Assembly (NCBI GenBank): GCA_031414775.1
Contig: JANOQI010000062.1
Span: 32,001 to 96,000, forward strand
Direction of reading: 5' to 3'
DNA from: Synechococcales cyanobacterium VAR_4_metabat_354
Lineage (GTDB): Bacteria; Cyanobacteriota; Cyanobacteriia; Cyanobacteriales; Chamaesiphonaceae
DNA: 64,000 nucleotides
Position 1 is the first letter of the stretch, and every line of letters starts with the position of its first letter. Shown here piece after piece: positions 41,551 to 51,920 of the stretch. The notes beneath the pieces were generated by a model that was given only the letters and a program-made list of their open reading frames with translations, did not search any database and had not been told where the DNA came from. Both the position numbers and the translations under genes were made by a program.

Positions 41551-42087
41551 ATGGTCAACACTCCCACCAAGAAACTTACCAAAGCAGAATTTTGGGCGAT
41601 CGCCGATGCTGCTGATGTCACCTATGAATTAATTGATGGAATTCCTATTGCCAAAATGTCACCTAAGTATTTTCATTCTCGCTCCACTGGTGAAATTTTT
41701 ATAATTTTGAGGAGCTGGGCTAACAACCGAGGTCGAGTAGGAGTTGAATGGTCAATCGATCTCCGCGATAACTTCACCCCCGTACCAGATTTGCTCTATG
41801 TATCCTTTGATAAATTACCCATCACTTGGCAAGAAAACGCCGCTTGCCCAGTTGCCCCAGAACTAGCCATCGAAATCATTTCTCCTGGTCAGACCTTTGG
41901 CCAAATGACCCAAAAAGCCAGTAGCTACCTCACCAACGGCATCCTGCGCGTATGGGTGATCGACCCCACCGCAAAGATCCTAACCGTTTTTTATCCCGAT
42001 GCCGCACCAATTACATACAGCGGCACCCAAATTATTTCCGACCCAATTTTTCCAGACCTCTCGATTATTGCCAACCAGCTGTTTTGA
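41551..42087 (+). CDS. Uma2 family endonuclease
   Basis: YELIDG, PDL, PELAIEIISP and VWVIDP motifs. Confidence 0.9.
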   Translation: MVNTPTKKLTKAEFWAIADAADVTYELIDGIPIAKMSPKYFHSRSTGEIFIILRSWANNRGRVGVEWSIDLRDNFTPVPDLLYVSFDKLPITWQENAACPVAPELAIEIISPGQTFGQMTQKASSYLTNGILRVWVIDPTAKILTVFYPDAAPITYSGTQIISDPIFPDLSIIANQLF

Positions 42088-42181
42088 CCAAATTTCGTTA
42101 AGCTGAACAAAAGCCAGGAACGATAAAAGTCCCATGAAAGGAAAATCATTGCCGCCCAATTTGATCATTAACTCATGCTGT

Positions 42182-42640
42182 TTATGGATGGAAATGCTGC
42201 CAATAATGGACGACTCGCCACCAAAAAATGTTACCGCCAAAGCCTAGACCCAAACCGAAGATCTGGCAAATGACCAACAGGATAAAATTGGAGAAGCGGC
42301 TAATGTTCAACTCATGCAAATCAATACTCCAGAGCAAAGCCGTAGCTAATACTAGCGAGGTGTAAATAAAAATTGGTAACTTGGTTAAAATAATGACGAG
42401 AAAGGTGGCGAGACCCATGACGCAAAATAGTGACCACAGACTGGCTCCAAACATCCCCTTCAACAAGGTATCTATTGCTTGATCGAAATAAATAGCAATA
42501 GTGTCGGCCATAATTGTGATTGTTATCAAAACCACCCAACGACTGGGCAGATGCCAATTCGCTGATAGCCAGCCAAAAATGGCGTAGGTTAGAATTAGAA
42601 ATGCTCCAGATAGCCACAGGGGAGATTTCGATCGAGGCAT
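42182..42640 (-). CDS. Hypothetical membrane protein
   Basis: Multiple TM helices; downstream of apcD. Confidence 0.7.
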   Translation of the reverse strand: MPRSKSPLWLSGAFLILTYAIFGWLSANWHLPSRWVVLITITIMADTIAIYFDQAIDTLLKGMFGASLWSLFCVMGLATFLVIILTKLPIFIYTSLVLATALLWSIDLHELNISRFSNFILLVICQIFGLGLGFGGNIFWWRVVHYWQHFHP

Positions 42641-42742
42641 GGTGAAACCCAGTGCAATTATTCTAATTTAAGGTATTTTCATATAAAAATAACCACCGAT
42701 CGCAGCTAGTGTTCACGGTGGTGATATTGAAGTTGAATACTC

Positions 42743-43228
42743 TTAGGACATAGATTGAATGATGTAATCAAAGTAAGGTGCCGCAGCAGCAGCATCTTCA
42801 GTAGTCAACAACTTAAGAGACGCATCCTTGAGGCAAGAAATCGAATCTACCATCCCAGGGACAGGTACACCTAAAGAGTTATACATTTCCTTGACCCCAA
42901 CAATACCGATACTCTCGATCGGATCCTTATCACCAGCCAATACTCCGTAAGTAACCAGGCGTAGGTACCAACCATAGTCGCGCAGACACTGAGCACGGGG
43001 CTTGGTTTGATAGGCATTGCCACCAGGAGCAATATAGTCGGGATGAATTCTCCACAACTCTTTACTGGCCTGCTCGACAATCTTCTTTTCGCCTTCGGCC
43101 AAAATAGTGGCAATCCGAACGCGCTGTTCACCGGTTTGTAAAAATTCTTGAATATTTCTCAGTTCGCCACTGCTAGGATATCGCAGCTCATCATCGGCCT
43201 TGAGAATAACTTGGCTAACTACGCTCAT
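42743..43228 (-). CDS. apcD: Allophycocyanin-B alpha subunit
   Basis: [23 protein letters not shown] and [11 protein letters not shown] motifs. Confidence 0.95.
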   Translation of the reverse strand: MSVVSQVILKADDELRYPSSGELRNIQEFLQTGEQRVRIATILAEGEKKIVEQASKELWRIHPDYIAPGGNAYQTKPRAQCLRDYGWYLRLVTYGVLAGDKDPIESIGIVGVKEMYNSLGVPVPGMVDSISCLKDASLKLLTTEDAAAAAPYFDYIIQSMS

Positions 43229-43310
43229 ATTTATAAAGTTATATTTTCATGATCTCTCATGTAAGTTTACCTTATTAGGCTGGCGGGGACTGATGGCTGG
43301 GCAAAGACCA

Positions 43311-43328
43311 TTAACAGAAGTTAACAAA
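43311..43328. promoter_or_regulatory. HLR1-like direct repeat upstream of apcD
   Basis: TTAACAGA-ag-TTAACAAA. Confidence 0.35.
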
Positions 43329-43430
43329 GAGGATAGCAGGGTATAGACAATCATCCAGTAACTTCGACCTCAAAGCAGCCAGTTTTACGTTAGAATCTAT
43401 CAGCTCCAAATCACTTGCCAGAGAAGCCCA

Positions 43431-44834
43431 ATGACAGCCACCGCAGAATCCGTTAACTCTTGGCACCAAGGCGCACTAGTCACCATCGAAATCACTGATA
43501 TTAATGATGCTGGTGAAGGAGTTGGTCGGATCGACTCCCACGTAGTATTTGTACCCGATACGGCGGTGGGCGATTGGGCAGATGTGCGTCTAGTGCACCT
43601 CAAACGTAATCACGGCTATGGCCAGCTTCAGAATTTGGTGATTGAATCACCCGATCGAACTCGTCCCAGCTGCATCGTGGCCGACAAATGTGGCGGTTGT
43701 CAGCTTCAGCATATTAATTACACCGCTCAACTAGCGGCTAAACAGAATCAGGTCATCCAAACCCTGCGCCGGATCGGGGGAATCGATCCAGCCTTAGTCA
43801 GTCCAATTATCGGTGCCCCAGTCGATCTAGGCTATCGGAACAAGGCCACCTATCCTTTATCTCAGTCGCCATCCGGTCAGGTTAAGGCCGGGTACTACCA
43901 AAAAGGCACTCACAAAATTGTGAACCTTAACCAGTGTCCGATCCAAGATGAACGCCTAAATCCGCTACTGGCTCAAGTCAAACAAGACATTCGTTACCAA
44001 GACTGGCCGATTTATGATCCAAACGTCAGCACCGAGCAAGCCCAACTGCGCCACTTATCGCTGCGCATTGGTCGGCGCACAGGCGAAATCCTGTTGACTT
44101 TGGTGGCTACTGATGGCGATCTACCCAACATTTTCGAACAGGCTCAGTCTTGGTTAGATAACTATCCGGCGATTGTAGGGGTCTGTCTCAATCGTCAAAA
44201 TCGCCGCGACAACGTGATTTTTGGCCCAGCGACTCAAACTATTGTGGGCCGCGACCATGTCAAAGAGGTTTTTGCCGATCTCCAGTGGCAGCTGGGCGCT
44301 GATACCTTTTTCCAGATTTATACTGAACAGGCCGAAGTCTTATTAAAAGTAATTCAAGATCATCTGACTTTGACTGGGCAAGAATTTTTACTAGATGCCT
44401 ATTGCGGTATCGGCACTTTTGCGCTGCCGTTGGCTAAGCATGTGAAAAAAGTGCTAGGCATTGAATCCCATACGGCCTCTGTAGCTCAAGCTCAGTTTAA
44501 TGCTCAGCTCAACCACATTACTAATGTCGAATTTGTGGCTGGTGACTGTAGTGAATTAATGCCCGAGTTAATCGATCGACCAAATATTGTATTTTTAGAT
44601 CCCCCTCGCCAAGGTTGCGATCGAAAGGTCATTGAAACGCTCATTGGTCGGCCACCCACTCAGCTGGTTTACATCAGCTGTAAGCCCTCCACTCAAGCCC
44701 GCGATCTGAAGATCCTACTAGATTCTGGTCGTTACGAATTGAAAAAAGTGCAGCCAATCGATTTCTTCCCTCAGACCGCTCATGTCGAGTGTGCTGCTTT
44801 TTTGCGATCGATTCCAGTTACGGACACCATATAG
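43431..44834 (+). CDS. rlmD: 23S rRNA (uracil-5)-methyltransferase
   Basis: TRAM domain, CGGC, DAYCGIG, LDPPRQG and DFFPQTAHVE motifs. Confidence 0.92.
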   Translation: MTATAESVNSWHQGALVTIEITDINDAGEGVGRIDSHVVFVPDTAVGDWADVRLVHLKRNHGYGQLQNLVIESPDRTRPSCIVADKCGGCQLQHINYTAQLAAKQNQVIQTLRRIGGIDPALVSPIIGAPVDLGYRNKATYPLSQSPSGQVKAGYYQKGTHKIVNLNQCPIQDERLNPLLAQVKQDIRYQDWPIYDPNVSTEQAQLRHLSLRIGRRTGEILLTLVATDGDLPNIFEQAQSWLDNYPAIVGVCLNRQNRRDNVIFGPATQTIVGRDHVKEVFADLQWQLGADTFFQIYTEQAEVLLKVIQDHLTLTGQEFLLDAYCGIGTFALPLAKHVKKVLGIESHTASVAQAQFNAQLNHITNVEFVAGDCSELMPELIDRPNIVFLDPPRQGCDRKVIETLIGRPPTQLVYISCKPSTQARDLKILLDSGRYELKKVQPIDFFPQTAHVECAAFLRSIPVTDTI

Positions 44835-44972
44835 GTCAATCTGTATCAAGGTAGACCAATCAAATAAATACGGTTACAATGGTAGGCATCTAGGCTAAAA
44901 ACAAGCGCCTAGTGGCCACCAGCTGGCTTCGGTATTTTTTAACACTCCAAACCTAGGGCAGATTGAATTGCT

Positions 44973-45419
44973 ATGACAATGGCAAGTGCAACAGGATACG
45001 ATTGGGACAGAATTACTTTTGCCTCAACTCTCTTTTTATGTCCAATTCTTGACCAAATTCTGGCCGCAGTGCCCAAGAAATGGCATCCAGAAATTAGACT
45101 AGGTTTACAAGAAGCGTTAGTAAACGCTGCCAAGCACGGAAACAATCTTGACCCTCAAAAAAAAATTGTTGTCCATTTTTCTTTTACAGAAGGTGAATAT
45201 TGGTGGATTATTTCTGATGAAGGTGGGGGTTTTGAGTCACCTTGTGACTGTCATCAAACTATTGCCGAGAAGCTACCAGAAAGCGAATCAGAATCTGGCC
45301 GAGGAATGTCACTATTGCACCAGATATTCGATCGGGTGGTGTGGAATGTCCAAGGTACTGAGTTAAGGCTCTGCAAGCAGCTTCGTTGTAAAGCTGGGCG
45401 TGAGCCATTTTTATGCTGA
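44973..45419 (+). CDS. pmgA: Anti-sigma-factor-like kinase PmgA
   Basis: ITFASTLFLCPILD, RLGLQEALVNAAKHGN and SGRG motifs; downstream of rlmD. Confidence 0.85.
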   Translation: MTMASATGYDWDRITFASTLFLCPILDQILAAVPKKWHPEIRLGLQEALVNAAKHGNNLDPQKKIVVHFSFTEGEYWWIISDEGGGFESPCDCHQTIAEKLPESESESGRGMSLLHQIFDRVVWNVQGTELRLCKQLRCKAGREPFLC

Positions 45420-45464
45420 AAAAAGTTGAAATCTTTATCTAAAATTTTCAAAAAATATTCTATT

Positions 45465-45495
45465 AAAAAGCCCGAACTAGTTGTTCGGGCTTTTT
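45465..45495. terminator. Bidirectional terminator
   Basis: aaaaagcccgaac-tagtt-gttcgggcttttt between convergent genes. Confidence 0.8.
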
Positions 45496-45528
45496 AATTA
45501 ATTGATTTCTACTTAATTCACACCAAAA

Positions 45529-45891
45529 CTATTGCTTAACTTCACAAGTCAAAGGACAAGCTGCATAAGTAATTGTTTGCAAAGTATTGCCTTTGCCATT
45601 CAACCAGCTCAACCAAGTAACTTCGTCAGGGTGAATACCTTTCATTGTCAAAACTGCCGCAATTAACAAGACAGCTAAGATATTCGCGGCAAAGATTCCA
45701 CCAGCAACTAGTAAAACCGCACTTACCGGTAAGACTGGGTGCAAAGCTACTGATAGTAGAGCACCTACTGTCGCCATTACTGCTACCAAAGGAAAACCTA
45801 CTACTAGCAAGCACACAGCGAGGGTAAAGCACCAGATGAGAAAGCTCTTCCCAGTAGACAGGTAATTTTTTCTTGTTGTGGCTAATTGCAT
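45529..45891 (-). CDS. Conserved cyanobacterial membrane protein
   Basis: KSFLIW.FTLAVCLLVVGFP...YAACPLTC. Confidence 0.8.
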   Translation of the reverse strand: MQLATTRKNYLSTGKSFLIWCFTLAVCLLVVGFPLVAVMATVGALLSVALHPVLPVSAVLLVAGGIFAANILAVLLIAAVLTMKGIHPDEVTWLSWLNGKGNTLQTITYAACPLTCEVKQ

Positions 45892-46390
45892 TTTTTATCT
45901 CCAGTAGTTTTTACGAATACCATCAAAGATTGGACGAATTAGGTCTCTCTCGGTATGGGGATCAATTTTCTTGGTCTCTTTAATATAGAGGATGTTGCCG
46001 GAGAAGTATGAGGACTCCTATATGAAAGTTTACACAAATCATCACAACGATGAGTCTAATTACTCATAAGATTATTTTAATTCTTATACTAAAAAATATG
46101 AAAAGCGATTGAAAGATTGATTTCTGAAGGGTTAATAACTGCTGGAAATACTGCTGGATAAAAACTACCTGAAGTAACATGATTCTAATTAGTGCAGTCC
46201 AAATTATCCGTCTTAAAGGCTGCGGTCATTGGTGAATAATATTTACATTTTGTAATTATATCCAGACAAATAAAAATAGGTTAACGAATACAGCAAAAGT
46301 TATATGGATAAATCAGCGGTGCGGTCTGGGTACTCTGAAAATATAGTCGGAAAACATTTAGTATCGATCGATTGAGGAATTATTTAAATT

Positions 46391-47590
46391 ATGCCTAGCC
46401 CACCACCACCACCAACTCAGAACAGCTCAATATTTACAGGTACCCTGGATACCAATGAAGTACCGGTCTTTAACCGTCGCCCGACCCAAGCGCAAGCAGA
46501 AGATGTAACCGTGGCAAGCCTCCCCAACGGACAGCCCACTATTGAACAGCTGATTACCGAAGCCTTTACGAAAGGTTACTCTGATGTGCATGTGGGGGTT
46601 GGTGAAGAACCACGTTTTCGCAATCGGGGAGAAATTGAGACCACTAGCTACCCCGAAACCGATCAGCTGACTTTCCAGTGTTGGCTACAAGAACTGTTAA
46701 CTGATGAAGAAATTCGCAAGTTTGAAGAGAACCTGGATTTTGATGGAGCAACTCAGTACGACTTTGCCCGGGTACGAATCAATGTTTTTGATTCTCTCAA
46801 TGGCCCCGGCATGGTGATGCGTTTGATTCCCCTCAAGATTATGACCTTGGAGCAGTTGCGGCTACCACAGATTTTCAAGGATGTTTGTCAATATCATAAG
46901 GGTTTGATTTTGGTGACTGGCCCAACTGGTTCGGGCAAATCTACTACGATGGCAGCGATGGTAGACTATATGAACCAAGAAATGCCTCGCCATATTATTA
47001 CGATCGAAGACCCGGTAGAATTCATTCACAAAAGCCAGCGAGCCTTAATTAAGCACCGGGAAGTGGGTACCAACACGCTCAAATTTGATGTGGCGCTTAA
47101 GGCCGCTTTGCGTGAAGACCCCGATGTGATTTTGATTGGGGAAATGCGCGATCGAGAGACTGTCAACACGGCTCTAAAAGCGGCTCAAACCGGTCACTTA
47201 GTAATTGGTACTTTGCATACTAATAGTGCCATTAAGACGATCGAACGTATTTTGGGCTTGTATGATGCTGACGAACAACCAGCTATGCGGGTAGCTTTAG
47301 CTGAATCGTTAGTGGCGGTAATTGCTCAGGGTCTATGTCGCACTACCGATGGTAAACGGGCTGCGTATCATGACATTTTGATTAATACGGAAACTGTCAA
47401 AGATTATGTCCGAGATGGCAAGTATGACGAAATTAATGAGTTGATGCTGGATGGTGAGTTCAGCGGCATGATTACGATGAACAAGTCGCTATTTAATCTT
47501 TATCAGGAAGGTCGGGTGACGGAGGAAATTGCGCTGGAATTGTCACCAACTCCAAATGAGATGGCGATGATGCTACGTGGTCGGATTTAA
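46391..47590 (+). CDS. pilT: Type IV pilus retraction ATPase (PilT2-like)
   Basis: GPTGSGKST, TIEDPVE, LREDPD and GTLHTNSA motifs; Pro-rich N-terminus. Confidence 0.92.
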   Translation: MPSPPPPPTQNSSIFTGTLDTNEVPVFNRRPTQAQAEDVTVASLPNGQPTIEQLITEAFTKGYSDVHVGVGEEPRFRNRGEIETTSYPETDQLTFQCWLQELLTDEEIRKFEENLDFDGATQYDFARVRINVFDSLNGPGMVMRLIPLKIMTLEQLRLPQIFKDVCQYHKGLILVTGPTGSGKSTTMAAMVDYMNQEMPRHIITIEDPVEFIHKSQRALIKHREVGTNTLKFDVALKAALREDPDVILIGEMRDRETVNTALKAAQTGHLVIGTLHTNSAIKTIERILGLYDADEQPAMRVALAESLVAVIAQGLCRTTDGKRAAYHDILINTETVKDYVRDGKYDEINELMLDGEFSGMITMNKSLFNLYQEGRVTEEIALELSPTPNEMAMMLRGRI

Positions 47591-47720
47591 CCTAACTTGG
47601 GCGTTGCTTAATCAAGGTACAAGAGCAGCCCAGTGGCGTACAGAAAAAACAAGTTAGGATCTAGCTACTAGCCAAATACATAGTCGATCGATCCTAACCA
47701 GAGCTGTTGCCAGAGGTTGT

Positions 47721-48152
47721 ATGCAATACGAAATTACTACCCAAATACCCACAGTTAGTGAATACCAATTTTTGAGAGCAGCGGTAGGTTGGCACAACCA
47801 CACGGTAACAGTGGCAGAACAATCACTCCAAAATTCTCTGTACAGTGTATGTGCAGTTCATGAAAATGATGTAATTGGCTGTGGAAGAGTGGTTGGGGAT
47901 GGTTATATCTATTTTTATCTACAAGATGTGATCGTTTTGCCAAAATATCAAGGTCATGGCATTGGCTTCAAAATTACTGAAAACATCCAGAACCATGTAC
48001 TATCGATCGCGCAGCCCGGTGCTTTCTTTGGTCTGATGGCTGCTGATGGTGCTGCGAGTATGTATGAAAAATTTGGCTTTGCCTGCCGACCCCCAAACAG
48101 GCCAGGGATGTCCATGTGGATCGACAAAGACTCGTTCACTAAATCACAATGA
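47721..48152 (+). CDS. GNAT acetyltransferase
   Basis: GRVVGDG, DVIVLPKYQGHGIG and YEKFGF motifs. Confidence 0.88.
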   Translation: MQYEITTQIPTVSEYQFLRAAVGWHNHTVTVAEQSLQNSLYSVCAVHENDVIGCGRVVGDGYIYFYLQDVIVLPKYQGHGIGFKITENIQNHVLSIAQPGAFFGLMAADGAASMYEKFGFACRPPNRPGMSMWIDKDSFTKSQ

Positions 48153-48201
48153 TGCGATCGATCTCAACATCCCAATCCAACGAAAAAATCTATTTCTACA
48201 C

Positions 48202-48633
48202 TTAATCTTTCAATGTCAATGTTTCTGGCGGATAATCGGCACCCTCCAGCATCACCATCGTAATTACCCCGTAGGCATCCACCCAAGCTTGCTTAACATC
48301 AGGAGTCCATGCCGTTCCGGCAAAACTAGCCATAGTTTTCAGCAAAGAACTGCCCACTAACGGATAGTGTTGCGGCAACACGCCATACTTTACATGGCGA
48401 GTCCCCAAACCTTGCAGCGTTGAAGTCAATAACTCGGAGTTGCGCAGATTATCTACCACGAACTTTAGAGAGTCAGCGAGATGACCTCCTTGCTCATTCA
48501 TTTGTGTATTAACAAACAGGGGCTGAATGTCAGGATAATCATTTAAAAGATTGGCATAAAAAGCAGCCGGGAAATCACGGTTAGAATTTTGGACTACTTG
48601 AAAACTGGCTTCTAAAACTTCCACATTCAACAT
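48202..48633 (-). CDS. Single-domain (flavohemoglobin-like) globin
   Basis: FY..L...P...PLF, LGTRHVKYGV (His F8), HYPLVG and AW..AY motifs. Confidence 0.9.
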   Translation of the reverse strand: MLNVEVLEASFQVVQNSNRDFPAAFYANLLNDYPDIQPLFVNTQMNEQGGHLADSLKFVVDNLRNSELLTSTLQGLGTRHVKYGVLPQHYPLVGSSLLKTMASFAGTAWTPDVKQAWVDAYGVITMVMLEGADYPPETLTLKD

Positions 48634-48788
48634 CAAAACTTACCATCAGCTATTATTTAAGACGCCTAAACATTAGGGTGAATTAGCACAGCCTGTCAAC
48701 GGTTCAGGTTTTTGTCCTCTCTTAGATAGTTAAAATAGGATGGAGATATTATCCACCAACAATCATTTTAAATATAGAGTGCCAAGAT

Positions 48789-50210
48789 TTGAAGCTGCTT
48801 AATCGTCCCACCAACAACCTGCGGTTAGAGCGCACCTTGGCACTACTAGCTCTGCTTAATTTTGGCCTAGTCCTGTTTGACCTCAGCTACATCCCCTGGC
48901 GTAATTTGTACTTTCGCTACTTAAATCCCATCACCAAAATCTACGACCCGATCAAGGGCATCGAGCCACATCGAGAAACAGTTCAGTATTTAGCGGCTGT
49001 CGATCGATTAAAAAAACAAACTCAAGCCCAGGGCTGGCGATCAGCGGCAGTATCAGCCACCATCCAAGACTTGGGCGAGCAAAGCACCAAGATGATTGAA
49101 ACCAATCCTTTTCAGCTGGCCGGTAAAACTGGCGCATTAGAAAAAATTAAAAATCGGATGCGCGAGCACATGCGCCAAGAGTCTGCCCGTAGTGCTTTTC
49201 GGGCTTTTTGGAATGTTGAACATTTGCAGCGAGTCAGTATCGAATCAGAACTAGCCTACTTCGATCGTCAGATTCGGCCACTTATCGACATCAACTATTT
49301 CCGCGAGACCGGGGAAGATGGTGATTTTGTCGATAACTTTTGGTGGATTGACCTAGGGTTTGTAGTAATTTTTGCCATTGATCTGGGTCGGCGCTGGCTC
49401 ATCTCACGCCGCCGCAAACCAAGCATCACTTGGCGGCAAGCCGTCTTCAGTCGCTGGTACGATCTCTTTTTGCTATCGCCTTGGTTCCGCTTCCTACGCA
49501 TTGTGCCCTTAACCATTCGCTGGCACCAAGCATCACTAATCAATTTATCGGCGGTGCAACATCAACTCAACAGTTTGGTGGTGGGCGAGTTGGCCGATGA
49601 GCTAACGCAAGTAGTAGTCACCCAAATCTTGAGTCAAGCCCAAGGCTCCATTAAAAATGGGGTAGCTTCTAAACTGTTGATCGATCGATTGCAGCGTTCC
49701 TACATTGATCTTAATAATATTAATGAAGTAGAAGCAATCGCCCAGATTATTTTAGAAATTGCCATCTATCGCGTCTTGCCCAAGATCCAGCCCGATTTAG
49801 AAGAAATCGCCAATCACCTGTTCCAAAAAGCGCTGATTGATTCACCAGCTTTTCAAAGTTTGAAAGTAATCCCGGGTTTTGCTGCCGCGCCCCAGCAACT
49901 CACTGGGCAATTAGTGCGCCAGATTTCTGATGCTCTATATATCGGTTTGACCAAAGCTGTCAGCGATCCACAAAATGGTAAGCTTTCCCGGCGACTGGCC
50001 GAGAACTTCACTACCGCCCTGGGTGCCGAACTGCAAAAAAGTCATACCGTGGCCAAGCTAGAGTCATTGCTAGCCGATTTGATCGAAGAAGTTAAAGTCA
50101 GCTACGTCAATGCCGACGATTTAAGTCGGCCAGAGGGTGACATCATTATCCCCATAGAAAACCCCAAAATTGACGCAGACCAATTCACCCAAGATAAATT
50201 GCAATTCTAA
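48789..50210 (+). CDS. Conserved cyanobacterial membrane protein
   Basis: LVLFDLSYIPWR, YDPIKGIEPHR and RWYDLFLL motifs. Confidence 0.8.
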   Translation: MKLLNRPTNNLRLERTLALLALLNFGLVLFDLSYIPWRNLYFRYLNPITKIYDPIKGIEPHRETVQYLAAVDRLKKQTQAQGWRSAAVSATIQDLGEQSTKMIETNPFQLAGKTGALEKIKNRMREHMRQESARSAFRAFWNVEHLQRVSIESELAYFDRQIRPLIDINYFRETGEDGDFVDNFWWIDLGFVVIFAIDLGRRWLISRRRKPSITWRQAVFSRWYDLFLLSPWFRFLRIVPLTIRWHQASLINLSAVQHQLNSLVVGELADELTQVVVTQILSQAQGSIKNGVASKLLIDRLQRSYIDLNNINEVEAIAQIILEIAIYRVLPKIQPDLEEIANHLFQKALIDSPAFQSLKVIPGFAAAPQQLTGQLVRQISDALYIGLTKAVSDPQNGKLSRRLAENFTTALGAELQKSHTVAKLESLLADLIEEVKVSYVNADDLSRPEGDIIIPIENPKIDADQFTQDKLQF

Positions 50211-50552
50211 CCAGTTTTCCTTAAAAAAGTAGGATTCCATATGGCCATAGTCTTCCAAGAAATACTCTTCCCCAATCATCTCTTCTAGGTTTTGGAGTAA
50301 TTCTTGTCGATCGAGTTCCCACGGATTGCACCAGGGAAATTGCACCGATTTATTATGAACTTCAATCCAGCCCAACCGGTCGTCATTACCATATTCAATT
50401 TTCAGTACCAGCTTGTGCTGATAATATTGCAGGTCGCGGTCTTCTAGCTCGTCAATATAAATTTTGTCCGGCTGGCCAAGAATTTGATAAATCTCTTGCT
50501 CGGTCATCCCAAAAACCAAGTCTCCTAGCCCTCTACCAATTTTGATTTGCAC
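50121..50552 (-). CDS. Hypothetical acidic protein
   Basis: 143 aa, G.G...FGMT..EI..ILG.PD N-terminus; 90-bp tail-to-tail overlap with the upstream gene. Confidence 0.65.
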   Translation of the reverse strand: MQIKIGRGLGDLVFGMTEQEIYQILGQPDKIYIDELEDRDLQYYQHKLVLKIEYGNDDRLGWIEVHNKSVQFPWCNPWELDRQELLQNLEEMIGEEYFLEDYGHMESYFFKENWLELQFILGELVCVNFGVFYGDNDVTLWPT

Positions 50553-50584
50553 TGTTTGTCCTGAATTAACTAGCCGAGGTCGAG

Positions 50585-51142
50585 CTACCGCTTTGTCGGC
50601 TGAGCCGAGCGAACCGTCTGCACCACCAGCTTATCACCTACCTTTAACCCCAAGGTAACAGCGCGACCAGCGTTTAATTCAATTACTTGATCAATTAGCA
50701 CATCCGGCTTCGGACCATAGCTGGGGCAAGGCTCATCTTTGCAGGGTGCCACATCGATCTGAATATTTTTGATTACGCCTTTATTGAGAAACAGCATATC
50801 GAGCGGAATCAACGTGTTCTTCATCCAGAACTGCGCCGGTTGAGGCTTGCTAAAATTGAACACCATCCCGCGATCAGACGGCATACTGCGTCGAAACATT
50901 AAACCGATCGCCTGTTCTTGGCTAGAGTTAGCAACTTCCAGGTTAATGGTCTTTTTCTTAACTACTATTTGGGCGGCGATCGGCAAATTCTGCGCCCCGG
51001 GGAAACTAGGCTGAATTTGAGCTGGGCTGCTTTTCATGGCTGGTTTTGGTGGTGAGGCGGCGGAACTACAGCCCCCCAACAATGGAAACAAGCTCAGGAG
51101 CAAGCTGCGCCGCACTAGCAACATTTTAGATATCTTGGACAT
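50585..51142 (-). CDS. DUF192 lipoprotein
   Basis: Lipobox LGGC; GLMFR, FWMKNTLIPLDM and VIELNAG motifs. Confidence 0.9.
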   Translation of the reverse strand: MSKISKMLLVRRSLLLSLFPLLGGCSSAASPPKPAMKSSPAQIQPSFPGAQNLPIAAQIVVKKKTINLEVANSSQEQAIGLMFRRSMPSDRGMVFNFSKPQPAQFWMKNTLIPLDMLFLNKGVIKNIQIDVAPCKDEPCPSYGPKPDVLIDQVIELNAGRAVTLGLKVGDKLVVQTVRSAQPTKR

Positions 51143-51175
51143 AAATTTTAGATAGTTCCTTCCGCATTAATCATC

Positions 51176-51865
51176 CTAACTTTCGCGTAAAACATAGCCG
51201 GTACCGCGTACCGTCAAAATCAGGCGCTTTTCGCTGTCAGCATGAAGCTTCAGACGCAGGTAACGGATATAGACTTCAATAACATTAGATTCCCCTAAAA
51301 AATCATATCCCCAAACGTTTTCCAGGATTTGTTCGCGGGTTAAAACTTCACCGGGATGATTCATGAAGTAGCGCAGTAGCTCAAATTCTTTAGTGGTGAG
51401 GCTAATCGATCGACTGCCCCGCACGGCTTGCCGCGTGTCCAAATCCAAGGTTAGATCGCTGAACTGAATTTTTTGATGGGATACCGGCTGCACCTGTAAA
51501 TAAAACTGGAGCAGTTGCAGAAAGCCATGGGTATGGTAAGGCTTAACCAAATAATCATCAGCACCTGATTCTAGGCAGGCCACTCGATCGGCAATGCCGT
51601 CATGAGCCATCAACAACAGAACAGGCATCACGTAATTCTGTTCACGCAGCTGCTTCACAAAATCGAGGGCAGTATCTTTGGGCAGCTCGCGATCGACTAC
51701 CACCAATTGCGGTGGTTGCTGCCTGATTTGCAACCAACTACTCTGAACATTCTGGCTACTAAAAACCTGATAACCAGATTTGAACAGGTCTACATAAATC
51801 TTTTCGGCCAGAGTAGTATCATTCTCGATTAGTAAAATATAGGATGAGGCGGTAGAAGAAGACAT
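51176..51865 (-). CDS. nblR: OmpR-family response regulator, NblR-like
   Basis: REC plus winged helix (ESNVIEVYIRYLR); DRVACLESGADDY; next to DUF192. Confidence 0.7.
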   Translation of the reverse strand: MSSSTASSYILLIENDTTLAEKIYVDLFKSGYQVFSSQNVQSSWLQIRQQPPQLVVVDRELPKDTALDFVKQLREQNYVMPVLLLMAHDGIADRVACLESGADDYLVKPYHTHGFLQLLQFYLQVQPVSHQKIQFSDLTLDLDTRQAVRGSRSISLTTKEFELLRYFMNHPGEVLTREQILENVWGYDFLGESNVIEVYIRYLRLKLHADSEKRLILTVRGTGYVLRES

Positions 51866-51920
51866 ACTCAACTCGGACGATTTCTACTGTCATTCTAGCT
51901 GGCTGTGGAATACTTCGATC

